From: Escherichia coli
GTDB lineage: Bacteria; Pseudomonadota; Gammaproteobacteria; Enterobacterales; Enterobacteriaceae
Assembly: GCF_013122565.1 (NCBI RefSeq)
Contig: NZ_CP053258.1
Reading direction: 5' to 3' (one strand)
DNA length: 64,000 nucleotides
Positions within the stretch are counted from its first letter, which is position 1, and every line of letters begins with the position of its first letter. Below are positions 56,330 through 64,000 of the stretch, one piece after another. Under the pieces are notes generated by a model that was not told where the DNA came from, made no database searches, and was given only the letters and a program-made list of their open reading frames with translations. The position numbers were made by a program, and so were the translations under genes.

Positions 56330-56992
56330 ATGGATTATACGCTCACCCGCATAGATCCCAACGGTGAGAACGACCGTTACCCCCTGCAAAAGCAGGAGAT
56401 CGTAACCGACCCTCTGGAGCAAGAAGTTAACAAAAACGTGTTTATGGGCAAGCTCAATGACATGGTTAACTGGGGTCGTAAAAACTCAATTTGGCCGTAT
56501 AACTTCGGTCTTTCCTGCTGTTACGTTGAGATGGTGACTTCGTTTACCGCGGTGCATGACGTGGCGCGTTTTGGCGCAGAAGTATTGCGTGCTTCGCCGC
56601 GTCAGGCTGACCTGATGGTCGTTGCAGGAACCTGCTTTACCAAAATGGCACCGGTTATTCAGCGTCTGTATGACCAGATGCTGGAACCAAAATGGGTTAT
56701 CTCAATGGGTGCCTGTGCCAACTCTGGTGGTATGTACGATATTTATTCCGTTGTGCAGGGCGTCGATAAATTCATCCCGGTTGATGTGTATATCCCGGGC
56801 TGCCCGCCGCGTCCTGAAGCGTACATGCAGGCACTGATGCTGTTGCAGGAATCCATCGGCAAAGAACGTCGTCCGCTCTCCTGGGTGGTTGGCGATCAGG
56901 GCGTTTATCGCGCCAATATGCAATCAGAGCGCGAACGCAAGCGCGGTGAACGCATTGCCGTAACCAACCTGCGTACACCTGACGAGATTTAA
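56330..56992 (+). CDS. nuoB: NADH:quinone oxidoreductase subunit B
   Basis: 220-aa ORF with Fe-S ligand motifs (CCYVEM, GCPP). Confidence 0.95.
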
Positions 56993-57097
56993 TTTGCGCC
57001 TGTCGGCAAAGGGATTTTTCTTCGCTTATTCCTAAATCTATTTCGCGAAGCTTACTGCGCCGACAGTCACCACGGACCATTTGCAATGGTGAACAAT

Positions 57098-58888
57098 ATG
57101 ACCGACTTAACCGCGCAAGAACCCGCCTGGCAGACCCGCGATCATCTTGATGATCCGGTGATTGGCGAACTGCGCAACCGTTTTGGGCCGGATGCCTTTA
57201 CTGTTCAGGCGACTCGCACCGGGGTTCCCGTTGTGTGGATCAAGCGTGAACAATTACTGGAAGTTGGCGATTTCTTAAAGAAACTGCCGAAACCTTACGT
57301 CATGCTGTTTGACTTACACGGCATGGACGAACGTCTGCGCACACACCGCGAAGGGTTACCTGCCGCGGATTTTTCCGTTTTCTACCATCTGATTTCTATC
57401 GATCGTAACCGCGACATCATGCTGAAGGTGGCGCTGGCAGAAAACGACCTGCACGTACCGACCTTCACCAAACTGTTCCCGAACGCTAACTGGTATGAGC
57501 GTGAGACCTGGGATCTGTTTGGCATTACTTTCGACGGTCACCCGAACCTGCGCCGCATCATGATGCCGCAAACCTGGAAAGGTCACCCGCTGCGTAAAGA
57601 TTACCCGGCGCGCGCTACCGAATTCTCGCCGTTTGAGCTGACTAAAGCCAAACAGGATCTGGAGATGGAAGCCCTGACCTTCAAACCGGAAGAGTGGGGG
57701 ATGAAGCGCGGCACCGAAAACGAGGACTTCATGTTCCTCAACCTCGGCCCGAACCACCCGTCGGCGCACGGGGCTTTCCGTATCGTTTTACAACTCGACG
57801 GCGAAGAGATTGTCGACTGCGTACCAGACATCGGCTACCACCACCGTGGTGCGGAGAAAATGGGCGAGCGCCAGTCCTGGCACAGCTACATTCCGTATAC
57901 CGACCGTATCGAATACCTCGGCGGCTGCGTTAACGAAATGCCTTACGTGCTGGCGGTAGAGAAACTGGCCGGGATCACCGTGCCGGATCGCGTTAACGTC
58001 ATTCGCGTTATGCTCTCCGAACTGTTCCGTATCAACAGCCACCTGCTGTACATCTCGACCTTTATTCAGGACGTCGGCGCAATGACGCCAGTGTTCTTCG
58101 CCTTTACCGATCGTCAGAAAATTTACGATCTGGTGGAAGCGATCACGGGTTTCCGTATGCACCCGGCGTGGTTCCGTATTGGCGGCGTAGCGCACGACCT
58201 GCCGCGCGGCTGGGATCGTCTGCTGCGTGAGTTCCTCGACTGGATGCCGAAACGTCTGGCGTCTTACGAGAAAGCGGCGCTGCAAAACACCATTCTGAAA
58301 GGTCGTTCCCAGGGCGTTGCCGCCTATGGCGCGAAAGAGGCGCTGGAGTGGGGCACCACTGGCGCGGGCCTGCGTGCTACCGGGATCGACTTCGACGTGC
58401 GTAAGGCGCGTCCTTATTCTGGCTATGAAAACTTCGACTTTGAAATCCCGGTGGGTGGTGGCGTTTCTGACTGCTACACCCGCGTAATGCTGAAAGTGGA
58501 AGAGCTGCGCCAGAGTCTGCGCATTCTTGAGCAGTGCCTCAACAACATGCCGGAAGGCCCGTTCAAAGCGGATCACCCGCTGACCACGCCGCCGCCGAAA
58601 GAGCGCACGCTGCAACATATCGAAACCCTGATCACCCACTTCCTGCAAGTGTCGTGGGGTCCGGTGATGCCTGCCAATGAATCCTTCCAGATGATTGAGG
58701 CGACCAAAGGGATCAACAGTTACTACCTGACCAGCGACGGCAGCACCATGAGTTACCGCACCCGTGTTCGTACCCCGAGCTTTGCGCATTTGCAGCAAAT
58801 TCCGGCGGCGATCCGCGGCAGCCTGGTGTCTGACCTGATTGTTTATCTGGGCAGTATCGATTTTGTTATGTCAGATGTGGACCGCTAA
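57098..58888 (+). CDS. nuoC: NADH:quinone oxidoreductase fused subunit C/D
   Basis: Match begins [13 protein letters not shown]... (596 aa); ORF track extends 4 codons upstream. Confidence 0.95.
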
Positions 58889-58890
58889 TT

Positions 58891-59391
58891 ATGCACGAGA
58901 ATCAACAACCACAAACCGAGGCTTTTGAGCTGAGTGCGGCAGAGCGTGAAGCGATCGAGCACGAGATGCACCACTACGAAGACCCGCGTGCGGCGTCCAT
59001 TGAAGCGCTGAAAATCGTTCAGAAGCAGCGTGGCTGGGTGCCGGATGGCGCGATCCACGCGATCGCCGATGTGCTGGGTATTCCGGCAAGCGACGTCGAA
59101 GGCGTGGCAACGTTCTACAGCCAGATCTTCCGCCAGCCGGTTGGCCGCCATGTGATCCGTTATTGCGACAGCGTGGTCTGTCATATCAATGGTTACCAGG
59201 GCATCCAGGCGGCGCTCGAGAAAAAGCTGAACATCAAACCAGGGCAAACGACATTTGATGGCCGCTTTACGCTGCTGCCAACTTGCTGCCTGGGGAACTG
59301 TGATAAAGGGCCAAACATGATGATCGATGAGGACACTCACGCGCATCTGACCCCAGAAGCGATCCCTGAACTGCTGGAGCGGTATAAATGA
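58891..59391 (+). CDS. nuoE: NADH:quinone oxidoreductase subunit E
   Basis: 166-aa ORF with 2Fe-2S cysteine pattern. Confidence 0.95.
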
Positions 59392-60725
59392 AAAACATTA
59401 TCCGTACTCCCGAAACGCATCCGCTGACCTGGCGTCTGCGCGATGACAAACAGCCAGTGTGGCTGGACGAATACCGCAGCAAAAATGGTTACGAAGGGGC
59501 GCGTAAGGCGCTGACTGGGCTGTCTCCGGACGAAATCGTTAATCAGGTAAAAGACGCTGGTCTGAAAGGGCGCGGCGGCGCGGGCTTTTCGACTGGCCTG
59601 AAGTGGAGCCTGATGCCGAAAGACGAATCCATGAACATCCGTTACCTGCTGTGTAACGCCGATGAAATGGAGCCGGGCACCTATAAAGACCGCCTGTTGA
59701 TGGAGCAACTGCCGCACCTGCTGGTAGAAGGTATGCTCATCTCCGCGTTTGCGCTGAAAGCTTACCGTGGCTACATCTTCCTGCGTGGCGAATATATCGA
59801 AGCGGCAGTTAATCTGCGCCGTGCCATTGCCGAAGCCACCGAAGCGGGTCTGCTTGGCAAAAACATTATGGGAACAGGTTTTGACTTCGAACTGTTCGTC
59901 CATACCGGGGCAGGGCGCTACATCTGCGGGGAAGAAACAGCGTTAATCAACTCCCTGGAAGGGCGTCGCGCTAACCCGCGCTCGAAACCCCCCTTCCCGG
60001 CAACCTCCGGCGTATGGGGCAAACCGACCTGTGTCAACAACGTCGAAACCCTGTGTAACGTTCCGGCGATCCTCGCTAACGGCGTGGAGTGGTATCAGAA
60101 CATCTCGAAAAGTAAAGATGCTGGCACCAAGCTGATGGGCTTCTCCGGTCGGGTGAAAAATCCGGGCCTGTGGGAACTGCCGTTCGGCACCACCGCACGC
60201 GAGATCCTCGAAGATTACGCCGGTGGTATGCGTGACGGTCTGAAATTCAAAGCCTGGCAGCCAGGCGGCGCGGGCACCGACTTCCTGACCGAAGCGCACC
60301 TTGATCTGCCGATGGAATTCGAAAGTATCGGTAAAGCGGGAAGCCGTCTGGGTACGGCGCTGGCGATGGCGGTTGACCATGAGATCAACATGGTGTCGCT
60401 GGTGCGTAACCTGGAAGAGTTTTTCGCCCGTGAGTCCTGCGGCTGGTGTACGCCGTGCCGCGACGGTCTGCCGTGGAGCGTGAAAATTCTGCGTGCGCTG
60501 GAGCGTGGTGAAGGTCAGCCGGGCGATATCGAAACACTTGAGCAACTGTGTCGATTCTTAGGCCCGGGTAAAACTTTCTGTGCCCACGCACCTGGTGCAG
60601 TGGAGCCGTTACAGAGCGCCATCAAATATTTCCGCGAAGAATTTGAGGCGGGAATCAAACAGCCGTTCAGCAATACCCATTTGATTAATGGGATTCAGCC
60701 GAACCTGCTGAAAGAGCGCTGGTAA
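59388..60725 (+). CDS. nuoF: NADH:quinone oxidoreductase subunit F
   Basis: 445-aa ORF with NADH/FMN-binding and 4Fe-4S motifs. Confidence 0.95.
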   Translation: MKNIIRTPETHPLTWRLRDDKQPVWLDEYRSKNGYEGARKALTGLSPDEIVNQVKDAGLKGRGGAGFSTGLKWSLMPKDESMNIRYLLCNADEMEPGTYKDRLLMEQLPHLLVEGMLISAFALKAYRGYIFLRGEYIEAAVNLRRAIAEATEAGLLGKNIMGTGFDFELFVHTGAGRYICGEETALINSLEGRRANPRSKPPFPATSGVWGKPTCVNNVETLCNVPAILANGVEWYQNISKSKDAGTKLMGFSGRVKNPGLWELPFGTTAREILEDYAGGMRDGLKFKAWQPGGAGTDFLTEAHLDLPMEFESIGKAGSRLGTALAMAVDHEINMVSLVRNLEEFFARESCGWCTPCRDGLPWSVKILRALERGEGQPGDIETLEQLCRFLGPGKTFCAHAPGAVEPLQSAIKYFREEFEAGIKQPFSNTHLINGIQPNLLKERW

Positions 60726-60777
60726 CCGAATTTCGATTAACGCTCAGTCTCTGACTGAGAAAACTGGAAGCATGCTA

Positions 60778-63504
60778 ATGGCTACAATTCATGTAGACGG
60801 CAAAGAATACGAGGTCAACGGAGCGGACAACCTGCTGGAAGCTTGTCTGTCTCTGGGCCTTGATATTCCTTACTTTTGCTGGCATCCGGCGCTGGGAAGC
60901 GTCGGTGCTTGCCGCCAGTGTGCGGTGAAGCAATACCAAAACGCGGAAGACACGCGTGGTCGCCTGGTGATGTCCTGTATGACACCGGCTTCCGATGGCA
61001 CCTTTATTTCCATTGACGACGAAGAAGCGAAACAGTTCCGTGAAAGTGTGGTCGAGTGGTTAATGACCAACCACCCGCACGACTGTCCGGTATGTGAAGA
61101 AGGCGGTAACTGCCATCTTCAGGATATGACCGTGATGACCGGACACAGTTTCCGTCGCTACCGTTTCACCAAACGTACCCACCGTAATCAGGATTTGGGG
61201 CCATTCATCTCTCACGAAATGAACCGCTGCATCGCCTGCTACCGCTGTGTGCGTTACTACAAAGATTACGCTGACGGTACAGATCTGGGCGTTTACGGTG
61301 CGCACGACAACGTCTACTTCGGTCGCCCGGAAGACGGCACGCTGGAAAGCGAATTTTCCGGTAACCTGGTCGAAATTTGCCCGACCGGCGTATTTACCGA
61401 CAAAACGCACTCCGAGCGTTACAACCGTAAATGGGATATGCAGTTTGCGCCGAGCATCTGCCAGCAATGTTCCATCGGCTGTAACATCAGCCCCGGTGAA
61501 CGTTACGGCGAACTGCGTCGTATCGAAAACCGTTACAACGGTACGGTAAACCACTACTTCCTCTGCGACCGTGGTCGTTTCGGTTACGGTTACGTCAACC
61601 TGAAGGATCGTCCGCGTCAGCCAGTACAGCGTCGTGGCGATGATTTCATTACCCTCAACGCCGAACAGGCAATGCAGGGCGCGGCAGATATTCTGCGTCA
61701 GTCGAAGAAAGTGATCGGTATTGGTTCTCCGCGTGCCAGCGTGGAAAGCAACTTTGCGCTGCGTGAACTGGTGGGCGAAGAAAACTTCTACACCGGTATC
61801 GCTCACGGTGAGCAGGAACGTCTGCAACTGGCGCTGAAAGTGCTGCGTGAAGGCGGCATTTATACTCCGGCTCTGCGCGAAATCGAATCTTACGATGCGG
61901 TACTGGTGCTGGGCGAAGACGTTACCCAGACCGGCGCGCGCGTCGCGCTGGCAGTGCGTCAGGCGGTGAAAGGTAAAGCGCGCGAAATGGCGGCAGCACA
62001 GAAAGTGGCTGACTGGCAGATTGCGGCAATCCTCAACATCGGTCAACGTGCGAAGCATCCGCTGTTTGTTACCAACGTTGATGACACCCGTCTGGATGAT
62101 ATTGCGGCGTGGACTTACCGTGCACCGGTTGAAGATCAGGCGCGTTTAGGTTTTGCCATCGCCCATGCGCTGGATAACTCTGCGCCAGCGGTTGACGGTA
62201 TCGAACCTGAGCTGCAAAGCAAAATCGATGTCATCGTGCAGGCACTGGCTGGTGCGAAGAAACCGTTGATTATCTCCGGGACGAACGCCGGTAGCTTAGA
62301 GGTGATTCAGGCGGCGGCTAACGTCGCGAAAGCCCTGAAAGGTCGCGGCGCTGACGTTGGTATCACTATGATTGCTCGCTCTGTAAACAGCATGGGGCTG
62401 GGCATTATGGGGGGCGGTTCGCTTGAAGAAGCGTTGACCGAACTGGAAACCGGACGCGCCGACGCGGTGGTGGTGCTGGAAAACGATCTGCATCGTCACG
62501 CTTCCGCTACCCGCGTGAATGCTGCGCTGGCTAAAGCGCCGCTGGTGATGGTGGTTGATCATCAACGTACAGCGATCATGGAAAACGCCCATCTGGTACT
62601 TTCTGCTGCCAGCTTTGCTGAAAGCGACGGTACGGTGATCAACAACGAAGGCCGCGCCCAACGTTTCTTCCAGGTTTACGATCCGGCTTATTACGACAGC
62701 AAAACTGTCATGCTGGAAAGCTGGCGCTGGTTACACTCGCTGCACAGCACTCTGCTGAGCCGTGAAGTGGACTGGACGCAGCTCGACCATGTAATTGACG
62801 CTGTTGTGGCGAAAATCCCGGAACTGGCGGGTATCAAAGATGCTGCGCCGGATGCGACATTCCGTATTCGTGGGCAGAAACTGGCCCGTGAACCGCACCG
62901 TTACAGCGGTCGTACCGCCATGCGCGCCAATATCAGCGTTCATGAGCCGCGTCAGCCGCAGGATATTGACACCATGTTCACCTTCTCGATGGAAGGTAAC
63001 AACCAGCCGACCGCACACCGTTCGCAAGTGCCGTTTGCCTGGGCACCGGGCTGGAACTCCCCGCAGGCGTGGAACAAATTCCAGGACGAAGTGGGCGGCA
63101 AACTGCGCTTTGGCGATCCGGGCGTGCGTCTGTTTGAAACCAGCGAGAATGGTCTGGATTACTTCACCAGCGTACCGGCACGCTTCCAGCCGCAGGACGG
63201 GAAATGGCGTATTGCGCCGTATTACCACCTGTTTGGCAGCGATGAATTGTCACAGCGTGCTCCGGTCTTCCAGAGCCGTATGCCGCAGCCGTACATCAAA
63301 CTCAACCCAGCGGATGCCGCGAAGTTGGGTGTAAACGCAGGTACACGCGTCTCCTTTAGTTACGATGGCAACACGGTCACGCTGCCGGTTGAAATCGCCG
63401 AAGGGCTGACGGCAGGGCAGGTGGGCTTGCCGATGGGTATGTCCGGCATTGCTCCGGTGCTGGCTGGCGCGCATCTTGAGGATCTCAAGGAGGCACAACA
63501 ATGA
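60778..63504 (+). CDS. nuoG: NADH:quinone oxidoreductase subunit G
   Basis: Match begins [13 protein letters not shown]... (908 aa), with N-terminal Fe-S cysteine clusters. Confidence 0.95.
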
Positions 63505-64000
63505 GTTGGATATCACCGGAACTGATTGAGATCCTGCTGACCATCCTCAAAGCGGTGGTGATCCTGCTGGTGGTTGTCACCTGCGGGGCATTCATGAGCT
63601 TTGGCGAACGTCGCCTGCTGGGTCTGTTCCAGAACCGTTACGGACCTAACCGTGTTGGCTGGGGCGGTTCGCTCCAGTTGGTTGCGGATATGATCAAAAT
63701 GTTCTTTAAAGAAGACTGGATCCCGAAATTCTCGGATCGCGTCATCTTTACCTTGGCACCGATGATTGCCTTTACCTCGCTGCTGCTGGCCTTTGCGATT
63801 GTGCCAGTCAGTCCGGGTTGGGTGGTTGCCGACCTGAACATCGGGATTTTGTTCTTCCTGATGATGGCCGGTCTGGCGGTTTACGCGGTGCTGTTTGCGG
63901 GCTGGTCAAGTAACAACAAATACTCGCTGCTGGGTGCGATGCGTGCTTCTGCGCAGACTCTGAGCTACGAAGTGTTCCTCGGGCTTTCCCTGATGGGCGT
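63501..64000 (+). CDS. nuoH: NADH:quinone oxidoreductase subunit H, 5' portion (runs off the window)
   Basis: ATG at 63501 overlapping nuoG stop; [20 protein letters not shown]... membrane protein, open to window end. Confidence 0.9.

Noticed and set aside
57788-58798. 336-aa ORF on the minus strand
   Set aside because: Antisense shadow of nuoC.
61060-62058. 332-aa ORF on the minus strand
   Set aside because: Antisense shadow of nuoG.

Overview
This window is a contiguous stretch of Escherichia coli core chromosome (the fadI-fadJ ... pta-ackA ... nuoA-nuoH neighbourhood), shown in the opposite orientation to K-12 numbering. Gene calls rest on recognising the translated ORFs as well-known E. 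coli proteins from memory; no database search was run. About 60 protein genes are supported. The one clearly accessory feature is a ~1.28 kb IS110-family (IS621-like) insertion sequence at ~15801-17081, lying inside a REP/BIME between yfcL and mnmC. It carries a 326-aa DEDD-type recombinase on the minus strand and a ~177-nt structured non-coding RNA between the element end and the recombinase start. Two loops of that RNA reproduce the flanking target (12-nt exact identity) and the element's own end (8-nt exact identity), which is the signature of a bridge (guide) RNA recombination system. Joining the two element ends would also create a near-consensus sigma70 promoter. The same 11-mer target occurs in unoccupied REP copies elsewhere in the window. 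The strain is not K-12: the IS is absent there, and the yfc chaperone-usher fimbrial usher (yfcU) is intact here. Other notes are a PurR box upstream of cvpA-purF, a sigma54-type promoter upstream of argT, an intra-operon hairpin in the yfc operon, several rho-independent terminators and REP/BIME clusters. No CRISPR array, tRNA or rRNA gene was seen.
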